A DNA stretch of 64,000 nt, taken from positions 12,400,001-12,464,000 of the forward strand of contig NC_043009.1 of the NCBI RefSeq assembly GCF_006345805.1, read 5' to 3'. A program made the translations under genes and the position numbers. Source of the DNA: Octopus sinensis. Lineage: Eukaryota. Below, piece after piece: positions 12,069 through 25,074 of this stretch (positions are counted from its first letter, which is position 1; each line of letters starts with the position of its first letter). The notes beneath the pieces are model-generated. The model was not told where the DNA came from, did not search any database, and saw only the letters and a list, made by a program, of their open reading frames with translations.

Positions 12069-13904
12069 GATGGCAGAGATCTTTTTCAAAACTCTTATAT
12101 TTTTTAAAGGCGTTTTTTGATCATTTGAATTAGAGAGTGAACTTTGAAACCATTATCAGTTTTATTTTCCTCCCAGTTCTCATTATTTCGGAAATGACTT
12201 ATGCTTTTCAGATTCTGAAAACGATTCCTTATCATAGGTTTTTTCTTATCAGAGACCAGTATTGTCCAGTGGATAGCAACTTGTGGTAACTGGACAACAT
12301 GAGAATGCCAATAAATGCCTTGAGTTCGTCTACTGATAGTGTGTCAATATTATTTTTACTTATTGCAGAATACCACACACTTTCCTTTATGATGTGGTCA
12401 TATATTTCTGGAGTGATTATTGTTTCAAATATTTCAAGTGGACCATAATATTGCAAAGCGTCTCTCATTTTTCTGAAGCTCTTATCATACGTATCAATTC
12501 TATTTGAATAATTCGTATACTCAGGATGCTTTTTTTCTCCAAACCCGTTCTGAACTTCACAATTTCCTCTTTTTATAGCCTTTTTATAAGCCCTTTCTTG
12601 AGAAAGACTAATCTCCCTCAATTTTTCATTTTCAATTTGTTCTTTTGCAAGATGCAATTCGAGTGGTCCTGGAACATCATTGATCAAAACCTCACCAGTT
12701 TCATCATTAGCTTCATCTTCATCTGTGACATAATGCACATCAGGGAAATAGTGGAGGCACATAGCCTAGTGGTTAGAACAGCGAACTCGCGGTCGAGGGA
12801 TCGCGGGTTCGAATCTCAGGCTGGACAATGTGGGTGTTTATGAACGAAACACTTAAGCTCCATGCGGCTCCGGCAGAGGTTAATGGCGAACTTCTGCTGA
12901 CTCTTTCGCCACAACTTTCTCTCACTCTTTCTTCCTGCAGCTCACCTGCGACGGACCGGTGTCCCGTCCAGGTGGGGAACCGATACGCCAAGGAAACCGG
13001 GAAACCGGCCCTTATGAGCCAGGCACGGCTCGAGAAGGAACAAACAACATCAGGACAATAATGACTACAGCTGCCGATTCAAATTCAGTTTCTTCGTCTG
13101 ACTGTTCATCTAGCAAATTCCTAACTTCATCCATGGTCAAGTCTTTTTCCCGTTTTTTCGACGTCTGGGGATAAAAAAAATTAAGTGTTCAATAATTATA
13201 AGAATCATTACAATATTTAAAATGACTCAGTAGATTTAATCGGTAAAGAATAATAAATTTCATGAGAACACCTAACATACTTCATTCACTCTATCAGTAA
13301 ATATAAAATGCACAACACTCCCCTAAAGCGTGACTAATTACCTTGATAAGATATTTATCTGCTCTGTCTTTAGTTTTTACCTTGTGACACTTGAAACACT
13401 ACTAAAAGTATAGTCACCTCTGTATGAGCCGTCAATATTTTCCAGTCACGTCGCAACGCGTCAAAGCAACGTGTTGATACTTGTCTCAAACATGAAACAG
13501 ATGCACAGTCTAGTTCAATTACGTATACATTGACCCAGCATCATATATATAGGACAGTAAAATTCAAAGTTATATTATATGCATAAAATGTTATTTGTGA
13601 ACAAACTTATATCCTAAGTATTGTAAAATAGCTCTTTATAAACAGCGTTTTTGTGTTAAATATAACATAACGATTCAACTTAACGCTGCGAGTTAATATT
13701 CGCAGGTCACCGAGCAGGCATTATTTCTGCCATTTTTCCAGTAGATTTTCTCATATTTCTCAATGCGTTACAAATATATCTGATACACTTATAAAAAAAA
13801 TTTAGAATTTCTTTTTTGTTGTATTTATATTCAAAATACATTTTTTGTCATATCATAATTAAATTATTTACTGTCCTATATATAGGACAGTGGGGCATAA
13901 TGGG
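12069..13904 (-). mobile_element. piggyBac transposon remnant (5' end plus N-terminal transposase), interrupted by a SINE and cut by the RTE
   Basis: TTAA|CCCATTATG terminus at 13904-13908; PLEIFETIITPEIYDHIIKES...ELKAFIGILMLSSYHKL...YWS then SHFRNNE...FKVHSLI in another frame, typical of PGBD. Confidence 0.8.
12745..13046 (+). mobile_element. tRNA-derived SINE family B with 8-bp TSD ACATCAGG
   Basis: A/B-box head GGAGGCACATAGCCTAGTGGTTAG...GGTTCGAATC; TSD at 12737-12744 and 13047-13054. Confidence 0.88.
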
Positions 13905-14160
13905 TTAACACACTAGCTGAACGAAATAAATTTATATCTTATGATTATGTTATTTTACCACCGGAAACGTATCTACCCGTTACCGGCATGTCATTGCCTA
14001 CCGTAATATGGTGCATATATTTGATACCTACTCGGCTTGTTTTACATCATAACTTTTCAATAAGATTGCCCTATTTTCATATTCATCTTTAAAGTCTCAC
14101 TCATCACAAGTGTATTATGGCACAGTATATTAGTGGTGCATTTGTATTTCTAATCAATGA

Positions 14161-14665
14161 CCGTAAATCCTCGAGTATAATCCGCATTTTTTCCCCAAAA
14201 ATTTAAAGGTCAAAATCCCTAGTGCGTACCATATGCGAGGTTAAGATGAAAAATATTTTCTAAGCAATGTCCGTGTCTCTATTTGCTGTCCGGCAATGTT
14301 TATTCAGACGCATTTTGTGATGTCGAGCGCGAAAATACCTTAAGCTAAGCCTGAAAGCAATGAAGTCATAAAAGAATCATCCATAACTTGCAGTAAGCAA
14401 CATTTATTAAAATAAAAGTATTCAGAACACAGAATAACATGTAACAAAACAAAATGAAAACATATTTACATTCCCATATAACAGTTAAGAACATCACCAT
14501 TATTGTATTATGCATGCGCGGATTGCGTTTGTTCGACTAGATGCTACTGGCTTAATTACGCACGACTCAAGTTAGAGAAGGGGTGCGTATTATACACAAG
14601 GTTTAGGTTTTTTGGAGGTACAGCCCCCTAAAAATCCCCTGCGTATTATACTCAAAGATTTACGG
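14161..14665. mobile_element. pogo/Tc1-like MITE
   Basis: TIRs ccgtaaatcctcgagtataat ... attatactcaaagatttacgg, TA at the right flank. Confidence 0.7.
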
Positions 14666-15180
14666 TAATATCTCAAATACCAAAACTGATAAAAGAAGTA
14701 GAAGCACAACACCACTTTCCACCACCGACAGTCTTCACCGAAAACGTTTTCTTCTTCGTGGCTGGATTGGAGACCTCCGTACCAATATCTTTGTTGCATT
14801 TTTATTTTTTATAAGGCCCAAAATATATAAATAAATATCAAAATAATTAATAATGTCAATAAAAGCCAATAAATTATCAAATTTTTGTTGATGCAGACAA
14901 AAGGTGAAATCGAAATGGACGTGTTGATTGGAATGTCCCACCAACTTCCTTATGCTGGAATCTAGGAATATACAGAACATCAGAAATACATTGTTTTGTA
15001 TTTCTCAGGAAAGTATTCTCTATGCATGGAGCCATATATTATCTTAAGAACGTCATATTGCCCAGAAAGTTCATAAATATCGTGAAGGTATTTTTACACT
15101 TCTAATTACATGTAACACTGTTCACAGTTGAATGCCACAAATGATGTTGTCAGCTACACATTGGGATTTTAAGAATTTTA

Positions 15181-16194
15181 TTGGATTGGCAACTAAGTTC
15201 CCGCTGTTTTTATAAATTTTGGAATTTATAGCGTTTTTAAATTTAGGAATCTATTCTTTTCCAGAATTCTATTTTTGAATCATTTTGGAATCTATATTAT
15301 TTTTCGATGAAGAGCGATTAAACCAACTTTTGCACGAAAATTCTCGTCAAACGACATGGGAACTAACAAAGAAAATGGAATGCTCCCACACTGCTATAGA
15401 GAAGCATCTTCACTCGATGGGAAAGGTTCAGAAGTATGGAGAATGGGTTCCACATGCTTTAAGTGACAACAGCAAAACTCAACGAGCTACAATCTCCGCT
15501 GGTTTATTTGCTCATCACCGCTCAACTCATGGACACAAGCAATGATTTCTTTACCAAATCGTTACTGGCGACGGAAAATGGTGCCTGTACATCAATATGA
15601 AGCAGTGTAAGGAGTGGCTTAGCCCCGATAAACAAGCGACACCGCGCGTAAAACAAGATCTTCATCCACGTAAAGCGATGTTGTGCGTATGGTGAAACTG
15701 GGAGGGGATTATCCATTACGAATTGCTTGAACGGAACCAAACGGTCAACGCGGAACTCTATGTTCAACAGATGGAACGACTCAACACGGCTATTCAAGAG
15801 AAAAGAACTAATCGTCAGCATGGAGTTCTTCTGCTGCACGACAATGCCCGCCCTCATATCGCCAATATGGCCAAGGAAGCCATTCAAACGCATGGCTTGG
15901 AAGTGCTGCCAAGCTGACTGTACTCTCCTGATTTGGCACCTCTTTCGATCTCTTTCAAATGCTATGCGCGGAGTTTCGTTCAATACTGATGCAGAATTGA
16001 GAGCTTGGTTGGGTCAATTTTTCGAGTCGAAATCAGATGATTTCTACCAACGAGGTATTGAAAATCTTGTTGGACGTTAGGAAGTTGTAAACAACAAGGG
16101 TAAATATATTATTGATTAATTAGTTGCTATTTTTCATTAAACTTTTTTAAAATTTTAATTTTAAAAAACGGCGGTAACTTAGTTGCCAACGTAA
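15181..16194 (+). mobile_element. mariner (DD34D) element, internally deleted and degenerate
   Basis: TA-flanked TIRs ttggattggcaactaagtt / aacttagttgccaacgtaa; WVPHAL, TGDGKW, LLHDNARPH and YSPDLAP-like motifs. Confidence 0.92.
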
Positions 16195-16481
16195 TATAAA
16201 AATTTCACTGTCTTCTTTCTTCAAGTGGTACCTAGCTGATATCGCTTGCTCTTTCAAATCGAAAACATTATATTCAATGTGATGTAAAGATTAAGAATCC
16301 AAAGTATATTAGATTCTTGTCAAAGGTGCAGTCATTCTCAAGATTTTGGGAAACATACACAGTACTTTAGTTGGCATACTGGAAATTTGTCCTCCATTTT
16401 TTTTCCTTGAGGTACATTTGACAAGCGGTTTTATGGTTGTATGACACACCATTGGCAATTATATATACGCACACACGCACG

Positions 16482-16513
<32 letters not shown>

Positions 16514-16538
16514 CACACACACATATATATATAAAGTC

Positions 16539-16818
16539 GAGGCGTAATGGCCCAGTGGTTAGGGCAGCGGACTCGCAGTCGTTGGATCGCAGTTTCGATT
16601 CGCAGATCGGGCGTTGTGAGTGTTTATTGAGCGAAAACACCTAAAGCTCCACGAGGCTCCAGCAGGGGATGATGATCCCTGCTGTACTCTTTCGCCACAA
16701 CTTTCTCTCACTCTTTCTTCTGTTGGCCTGCTCGCTTAGCCAGCGGGATGGCGTCATTTGAAGGCTAAAACAATGCGATGTGTAGCAACATTTGATAGCC
16801 TGGTCGGCCACGGTGATA
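16539..16818 (+). mobile_element. SINE family B (tail variant 2)
   Basis: Shared head and core, unique 3' tail ending ggtcggccacggtga. Confidence 0.85.
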
Positions 16819-16964
16819 TATATATATCTTTTGAGGTTTTTACTCCCCACTCGAAATATATTGCACTTCCGCATTTTGAATATTTGGTTGATAAATTTTG
16901 AATTCATATTATACTGGTGTTGGTTAGAAGATTCATTCCAAATAATTCTTTCAAAATTTTGGCA

Positions 16965-17380
16965 CAAGGCCTGTTATTTTAGCGTAAGGAGGCAAATTAA
17001 ATCGATTTGCTTATAATATTGAGCCCAAAAGGATAAAAAGCAAAGTCGACCTTGATAGCATTTGAACTCAGAACGTAAAGAACCGGAAGGGATACCGCTA
17101 AGCATTTTGTTCGGTCCGCTAATTATTCTGCCAGCTCGCCTCCTTAATCAATTGAAATAATTTTTTCTACTTCTATCACAAGGCCTGAAATGTAGGGAAA
17201 AGTGGGCTAGTTGATTACATCGACCCCAGTGTTCAACTGGTACTTATTTTATCAACCCCGAAAGGATGAAATGCAATGTTGATCATTTGAACTTAAAATG
17301 TAAAGTAGTAAAGTACTAGTCGAATTGCCGTTAAATATTTTATTCGACGCACAAACGATTTTACGAACTCGCCGTCTTGG
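16965..17380 (-). mobile_element. Two tandem SINE family C copies
   Basis: Reverse complement of GGCGAGCTGGCAGAA..GTTAG...GTTCTGAGTTCAAAT...GTCGACTTTGC repeated twice. Confidence 0.75.
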
Positions 17381-17881
17381 TCAATTGAAATGATACAGAC
17401 GTCACTCGGAAGCCGTCCGGGCAGATCTTAAGCATCCGCCTACATTCTCTCGCCTGTCAAGTGGAAATAGTAATCATTTCCACTTGACAGAATTTGGTGT
17501 GCATTAATCGATTTGCCTATAAAGATATAACTTTTTTTTAAACTATTCTAATTGAAGTCAGGTTATTCGTCCAAATATTTTTAATATAAGGTAACTGGTA
17601 AACACAGACACAAGGTCATATCCATCCACACCGAAATACAGCATAAACGAACACTGAGACACTTTGGTATACGCAGATTTGCGTTTCAATAAAACAGTTT
17701 TATTTCTGCTTTCGTACTTACAAAAACAATACCGCAGTAAAAATTTTCAACACATAAATAATAAATATTTATGCAAACATATACGTATGCACTAGTGTGC
17801 AGATCGATTCCCTACTTTATTCGTCTGCCATTTTATGCACATCTTTTTCAATTGTTAATCGTAATGTTTACATATATATAT

Positions 17882-17923
<42 letters not shown>

Positions 17924-18030
17924 GTAAGCGTGTATGCTTTTGAATGCATATGTAACGACATGCACATACACACACGCACACACATATGTATGTGCACAAA
18001 TATATATAAATGCATATACATATACAGCAT

Positions 18031-18079
<49 letters not shown>

Positions 18080-18120
18080 CATATATATATATACACATAT
18101 ATATATATACATATACATAC

Positions 18121-18193
<73 letters not shown>

Positions 18194-18209
18194 ATTTATA
18201 CATATACAT

Positions 18210-18271
<62 letters not shown>

Positions 18272-18377
18272 GCTGTTCCTTCTCCTCATACGAATAGCGT
18301 CTTGTTTTCACCAACAAATGAACATAGAATAGATATCCATCAACCATAACGCTGCTTTCTTGTTTTCTCCGATCATC

Positions 18378-18677
18378 ATGAATACAGCACTTTTGATGTT
18401 TCTACTCTTACTGTTATATTATAACGGCTTATTAGTTTACTCAAAAGATGACACCAAATGTGACGGGATTTATCGTAAAGGGCGTGTAGGATATGGTAGA
18501 TTTGCGACTTTACATAGCTCCAACATTACAGAATGTGCCAAGCTTTGTTTTTATAGACAACAATGTAAAGGATTCAGTTTCTGTTTCGAGAAAAGTGAGT
18601 GTAATCTTCACAAACGTTGCGAAAATTTTAAAGAGGACACCAACTATGTATCTAGCTTAATCGAAAATTGGAATCCG
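18378..18677 (+). CDS. Paralog 2 exon 1: signal peptide plus PAN/apple domain (100 aa)
   Basis: [22 protein letters not shown] hydrophobic leader; [17 protein letters not shown]...CNL matches the PAN C-x3-C-x5-C-x2-F-x-F..C pattern; donor CCG|GTCAGT, phase 0. Confidence 0.85.
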
Positions 18678-18780
18678 GTCAGTGTCAAAAATTATTTTAT
18701 TTGGTGTTTTTTTTGTCTTTACGTTTCCTTTCAATTTTGGTGATGATACATTCAAAATCCGTATATAATTTTATAGCATT

Positions 18781-18838
18781 CTTCTTCTTCTTCTTCTTCT
18801 TCTTCTTCTTCTTCTTCTTCTTCTTCTTCTTCTTCTTC

Positions 18839-18904
<66 letters not shown>

Positions 18905-18920
18905 CATTATTATTATTATT
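18781..18920. repeat. (CTT)n(ATT)n microsatellite
   Basis: Direct reading. Confidence 0.95.
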
Positions 18921-19180
18921 ATTCAGTAGTTTTATTTTTATAGCGTGCTTTCACTTCACTACCGAGCGCAGCTCTGTGTGCCTTGGGTATGTGCTCTGAT
19001 TTGTTGTGCTGGTCTGATGGTTACTGTATTGAAAGTGTTTTGCGTAGGATGTGTGCAGTGCCCAGTAGTGCAATTTTCTGCATGTTATATATATTTGTAA
19101 GTCCTGGTGTTTTTGTTATGTATTTGTCTGAATATTTTTTTTATCATACCTAATGCGCCTACTATGATAGGAATTGTTTC

Positions 19181-19185
<5 letters not shown>
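18921..19185 (-). mobile_element. R4/Dong-clade non-LTR element 3' end inserted in (TAA)n
   Basis: TETIPIIVGALGMIKK then IQKIALLGTAHILRK-type restriction-like-endonuclease C-terminus across frames; 3' UTR runs into the TAA array. Confidence 0.7.
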
Positions 19186-19229
<44 letters not shown>

Positions 19230-19269
19230 TTATTATTATTATTATTAAGGCGGTGAGATGACACATGCA

Positions 19270-20310
19270 TCACCAGGCACATGCATCACAACTATATGTG
19301 TGCGACATGGTGATCTCATATCAAGATAAACAGCGCATGACCTTACAAGTGGGGCCCAGTAGGGAATTTTCTTCTGGTTGAGTAGCTCATCCCGCTCAAA
19401 AGGTCCCTGAATAAGGGTTGTTTAAGGATGTTAAATGGAATACTCATTTTGCCAGAGGTTAATTATCCAAGCCCCAAAGAATTCCTCTCAACACATGGCT
19501 ATGATGCTCCCCCACTACTTCTGCTCGTGATCAGAGATACACATATCGTCAGCCACTAAGGGACATGCTCAACTGGTTAAAGTCAAACAACTGACAATCA
19601 AATCTTTGATATTGAGCAGAATATTTGCTGTAGCCCATCTTTTATACCAAGACAAAACAATGTACATGATAACACTGTCAATCAGTTAAGATCAGAAGCC
19701 ATGAGAGCTACTGCCTGGTACTGCATCAGGGCATTTACTACTACTATTATTATTATTATTATTATTATTATTGAGTGAGCGAGCAGAGCATGCCATCAAA
19801 GTGACACTGGGGTAAAATATACGAAGCTCAGTATACCCATCATGACTACCCGTCTGATAAGGGTACACCAGGCACATGCATCACAACCATATGTGCGCGA
19901 CATGGTGATCTCATATCAAGATAAACAGCACATGACCTTGCAGGTGGAGCCCAGTTAGAATTTTCTTCAGATCGAGTAACCCATCCTGCTCAAAAGGTCC
20001 CTGAATAAGGGTTGTTTAAGGACGTTCAACGAAACACCCATGTTTCCCGAGGTGAATTATTCAAACCCCAAAGAATCCTTCTCAACACATGGCTATGATG
20101 CTCCCCCACTACTTCTGCTCGTGATCAGAGATGCACATATTGTCAGCCACTAAGGGACATGCTCAACTGGTTAAGGTCAAACAACTGACAAGCAAATCTG
20201 TGGTATTGAGCAGAATATTTGCTGTAGCCCATCTTTTATACCAAGACAAAACAATGTACATGATAACACTTCCAATCAGTTAAGATCAGATTATTATTAT
20301 ATTATTATTA
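19270..20310. mobile_element. Two tandem copies (about 470 and 540 bp) of an (ATT)n-flanked non-coding repeat
   Basis: caccaggcacatgcatcacaa...cagttaagatcaga present at about 19270-19735 and 19772-20290; class not determined. Confidence 0.7.
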
Positions 20311-20658
20311 TTATTATTATTATTATATTATTATTATTATTATGGCGGCGGCGAGCTGGCAGCCTCGTGTTCGGAAGTCTGTTAATTTTTCTTCAAACTT
20401 GTTTACTGATTGTTTTTAGATATTTGTTGAACTGTAATTTTTATAACCCGGCTCGCCACAAGCAGGGCCAGCTGGGTTGGCAAAAATAATCGGCATTTAA
20501 GGGCGAATTTTGACAATTCAAAATTCCATATTTTGAAAAAAATTTGCAACATGGTATCTCAAATCGATGGTGCTTACGCTTTTTGTAACAGCCTCTGTGA
20601 GATACCATTCCCTTCGCTACCTAATGTGGTTGAGGAGAGGAAGGGCGGCAGCAGCAGA

Positions 20659-21062
20659 GGAGGTACAATGGCCCAGTGGTTAGGGCAGCGGACTCACGGT
20701 CGGAGGATCGTGGTTTCGATTCCCAAACCGGGCGTTGTGTGTGTTTACTGAGCGAAAACACCTAAAAGCTCCACGAGGCTCCGGCAGGGGGTGGTGGCGA
20801 CCCCTGTTGTATTCTTTCGCCCCAACTTTCTCTCACTGTTTCTTCCTGTTTCTTGTCTCCGACTTCCTACGCAACCGCTGAGCCTGGATGCGCCTTCATC
20901 CATCCGTCGATGCTCTCGGTGTCGAGGGTTGACCTGCTTTCTCTTCTATGGGTCTTACGAATAGCAAAGGACCACGTTTCGAACTTCTCCCATCTTGCGA
21001 GCTAGGGGACGAAGAACGTTCTCTCAACAGCAACAGCAGCAACAGCAGCAGTAGCAACAATA
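20659..21062 (+). mobile_element. SINE family B (tail variant 3, ending in (CAG/CAA)n)
   Basis: Shared head and core, different tail. Confidence 0.82.
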
Positions 21063-21180
21063 ACAGTATCATCCCCACCATCAGCATCGATGGGGACGTG
21101 AAGGAGGGGAGTGGAGGAGAACAGCAACACTGCTACCACCACTGCTATCACAAGGACTTGCTAGAACAACAACAGCAGCT

Positions 21181-21366
21181 GTGGAGGCGCAATGGCCCTA
21201 TGGTTAAGGTAGCGGACTCGCGGTCGTAAGAACGCGGTTTCGATTCCCAGACCGAACATTGTGAGTGTTTATTTAACAAAAACACCTAAGCTCCACGAGG
21301 CTCCGGCGGGATGGGGGTGAACCCCGCTGTACTCTTTCACCACAACTTTCACTCTTTCTTCCTACT
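21181..21366 (+). mobile_element. SINE family B, 3'-truncated
   Basis: gtggaggcgcaatggccctatggttaagg...ctccacgaggctccgg. Confidence 0.82.
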
Positions 21367-21379
21367 TCTGCCACAAAAC

Positions 21380-22102
21380 AGAGGAACCATGGTGTAACCC
21401 ACTATGGTGTGGTTAAAACAAAGAGCCAGCGTAAAATTTTGAGTTACATACACTGAGCATGCTTCGGCAAGAAATGCTTCGGTGACGAGACAATGGGTTG
21501 TTCGCAATGTTCCGAGTGGCATGGGCGCTTCAAAATGCAGAACCACCGCTTAATCGAGAGTATGCTCATCGTCTTCTTCGACATACGCGGTATTGTACAT
21601 CGAAAATTCGTCCCCCAGCGCTCAGACTCTCAATCGAGAGTTCCGCTGCGACGTTTTCAAGTGTCTGAGGGAGGATATTTGCCTAAAGCGACCTGATCTG
21701 TGGAGCGCAAAGTATTGGATTCTTTAGGACGACAATACACCTGGTCAGCGTGCTCTGCTCGCTCGTAAGTCTCTCGCCAAAAACAACATAGTATCGCTTC
21801 CACACACGCCCTATTCGTCAGATTTAGCACTTGCGGACCGCTGTCTCTTCTCCAAGATGAAAATGCAGCTCAAAGGGCATTGTTTTAACACCGTTGTTGA
21901 GATAAAGAACGAATTATTGAAGGTCCTCAACTTGCTTACGGAAAGCAACATCCCGGCCGGATTCCAAAAGTGGCAGGAACGTTGTGAGCGGAGTTTTGCT
22001 GCGCAAGGTAATTATTTCGAAGGAGATGATGTTAAAACTCAGGTAAATAAGTTATGTTTTATTAAACGTAACTAGTCTGGGAACTTTTTGTTACCACCTC
22101 GT
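21380..22102 (+). mobile_element. mariner remnant
   Basis: MLIVFFDIRGIVH, HTPYSSDLA-like and KWQERCER...GNYFEG motifs; terminal ...accacctcgta. Confidence 0.8.
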
Positions 22103-22554
22103 AGACCTTGCGTTATCGGACATCCTTGACGGGCCGAGTGTGTGGTTCAAAATTCCCTTTTGCTTGTTTGGTAGCACTCCAGCATTTGTCTCAATCATGT
22201 TTTAAATTCGTTTCTTCAGAATGTGTGCAGAGGAGAGGAACTATATTCCACGCGCCAAGCGAAAAATATGAATATAGAGATCTATTATGAATCTCTTTTA
22301 TATTTTATTTAAAATGCTGCATTCGTTTCGTCGACTGGGTCTCACGTAACTCTTTGGTTAGTTATGAATTATTTCTATAAATCATTTACAGAAAGCTTCG
22401 CAGTTGTTTTCCTTCCTTGGTGCATTTATTATTGCAAGGCTTTGAAGAAAGCTTTTAATAGGTGATATTCTAATCATTGTCTATCAAATTAGAAGTTGCC
22501 GTATACTTTATCCTTCTTGTAAAACAAAACTGTCATTCTTGTGTCCATTATTAG

Positions 22555-22642
22555 CGTATAGCTGGAAGCTGCTTCAATCATTCGTGTAAGGATTGGGAAA
22601 TGTGTTTACCTGGAATCAATACCTACTACTGCTTAGAATTGG
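22555..22642 (+). CDS. Paralog 2 exon 2: 4-Cys EGF-like module RIAGSCFNHSCKDWEMCLPGINTYYCLEL
   Basis: ttattag| acceptor, |gtaagt donor, phase 0 to 1 bridges exons 1 and 3 exactly. Confidence 0.82.
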
Positions 22643-24180
22643 GTAAGTTACATTTTGTATGTCAATGTTGATGTAAAAATATTTCGTCTTATATTCTCGT
22701 TATGTAGAAAATCCCTTTTGCTTAACCCTTTAGCTTTCACAGTACTCTGTCCAAAGTAACATTGTCTTGAATTAATCCTGCATTATCTTGTGGCTTTAAG
22801 ATCTCGGTCATGTGATAATTTATTTTTACTATAACATTGTAAAGTAAATGTGAGATTTTGGATCTAGTCACTTTGATAACAAAAGAGGCAGAATATTTTG
22901 GCCGCATGTAGCCTTTTTAAATGCTGAAGGGCGAAATCATTATTCTGTGAAGGAAGTAAAAGCCCTATCAGATTATTGGCGTGGAAGTTAGAGATTTCTA
23001 GGTAAAGATAATATATTTAATGTGCAACTTTGCTTAATATTGTGTAGTTAATGCAAAACATTAAAATTTGCTAAAGCGTGTGTTCAGAATTCCAGGGAAT
23101 ACTCATTTGAGTAATGTGGATTTTACTAATTCGTTTAATATGAGATATATTTCATGCTGTATCTTAAAACATAGTCTGATAATCTTGTCTACTCATAGAT
23201 TTAAAGACAGGTTAAATAGTTGTGAGGGAATGAAGTTCAATTCAACCGTGTAGTTCTTGATACTATTGTACTGCTCACCATTATGTGCAAACATCATTTA
23301 CAATTGGTGTCGGTTCAGGGGCGTAGGTTTTATCCGCCCTGTTCAATAACCAAATTGACTGCCTTCTTTTTTAAATGTACAGTAGATTCAGACATATATA
23401 AAATGGCCACCCTATGAGGTTTTCACTATTCACAGGGAAAAGGACGGAAGAAAATATAACTTGACATTCTGACAGAACATCTGAACGGAGCTTAGAGTGA
23501 AATGTACAATATCCACTTGACAAAAAGCATATTCGAATTGTTCTGGAGATTTCTTTTTCCTAATTCTGAGATAAGCCTGTTTATCAATAGTATGTCGTTC
23601 TAATACGAAATAACTTTCAAGAATCGGTCGGTACTTAACAGCGAATATTAGACAAAAAAGAAATGTATTTTACGAGCGAGATCTTAAATATTCATTGGAT
23701 ATTTACATCGATTCGCGTGTTTCTTAAAAACAAAAGGTGCGATTTTTTACATTTTGTTGCCAAAGAAGCCTCTGTGTATTCGTTCAACCTGCAAGAAATA
23801 ACAACCAAATTGTTGTTTTCGAATCAAGTATCTGACCCCCTTGAGAAAGTGCTTTCCAAGTAGTCCTAGATATACAAAAATTCGAGATAGTTGTTGCAGG
23901 AACGGCTTTCATCATAAATCTACTTCGTCACGGCTTACTTGAATATTTAGCAACAACAAGAACAATAACAATTCCATCCGATTCTTCCATCTTTTCCTCA
24001 ATCAAGTAGTTATAATTTTCTTACGATCATTAAGGCAACAGAAACTAACAAGTGTTATTCACAGTAATGTTTGCAGGATTTGAACTCCCAACATTGTGGC
24101 CGAGACTTAATACTGAAAATTAGTTATATAGATCACTATTTTATTCTTCCCCGCTAACTCATGAAGTTTTCTCTTGCTTT

Positions 24181-24347
24181 GGCGCAGGAGTGGCTGTGTG
24201 GTAACTAACTTGCTAACCAACCACATGGTTCCGGGTTCAGTCCCACTGCGTGACATCTTGGGCAAGTGTCTTCTGCTATAGCCTCGGGCCGACCAAAGCC
24301 TTATGACTGGATTTGGTAGACGGAAACTGAAAGAAGCCCGTCATATA

Positions 24348-24412
<65 letters not shown>

Positions 24413-24620
24413 GTGTGTGTATATGTTTGTGTGATGTGTTTGTCCCTCTAGCATTGCTTGACAACCGATGCTGGTGTGTTTACGTCCCCGTCACTTAGCG
24501 GTTCGGCGAAAGAGACTGGGCTTACAAAGAATAAGTCCCGGGGTCGAATAACTCGACTAAAGGCGGTGCTCCAGCATGGCCGCAGTCAAATGACTGAAAC
24601 AAGTAAAAGAGTAAAAGAGT
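24181..24620 (+). mobile_element. SINE family A, full length
   Basis: GGCGCAGGAGTGG head through (AAGAGTA)n tail. Confidence 0.92.
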
Positions 24621-25074
24621 TATTCTTGTAGATTGGGTGAATTGTATTGGATTACACAAATTTGTTACAATAACATTCACGATGAGAAGATTTGAAATTA
24701 TAATTTTGACGGCAAAGACTACTGCAAGCTGTTGGATTAGTCTGAAGCAGCTTTCCGAAACAGAGACATTATACTCACTGTCATAATACGGTGGTTATTT
24801 AGTCAACGACCGAACTATAAGTTTTAAAACTAACTCTGTCAACTTAATATTCGTTCACTGCAGTTATTTAGCAGGAATATTGATTGTTTTTGATTCAATC
24901 GACTAATCCTTTCCTTGGATATACGACCTTGTACTCACAAATATGAGTTAGACGAACTTGTTTGAACGAATATGTTACAGTATATATTATTTGTACTTGC
25001 ATTATCGACCCTAGAGGGATAACAAGTAAATTCAGCTTCAATGACGTCTGAGCTCAAGGCTAACTACAGAGCGT

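Noticed and set aside
12745-12830. tRNA-like A/B-box heads (also 16539, 20659, 21181, 55389, 57758)
   Set aside because: They lack a complete cloverleaf acceptor stem and continue into SINE core sequence, so they are SINE heads rather than tRNA genes
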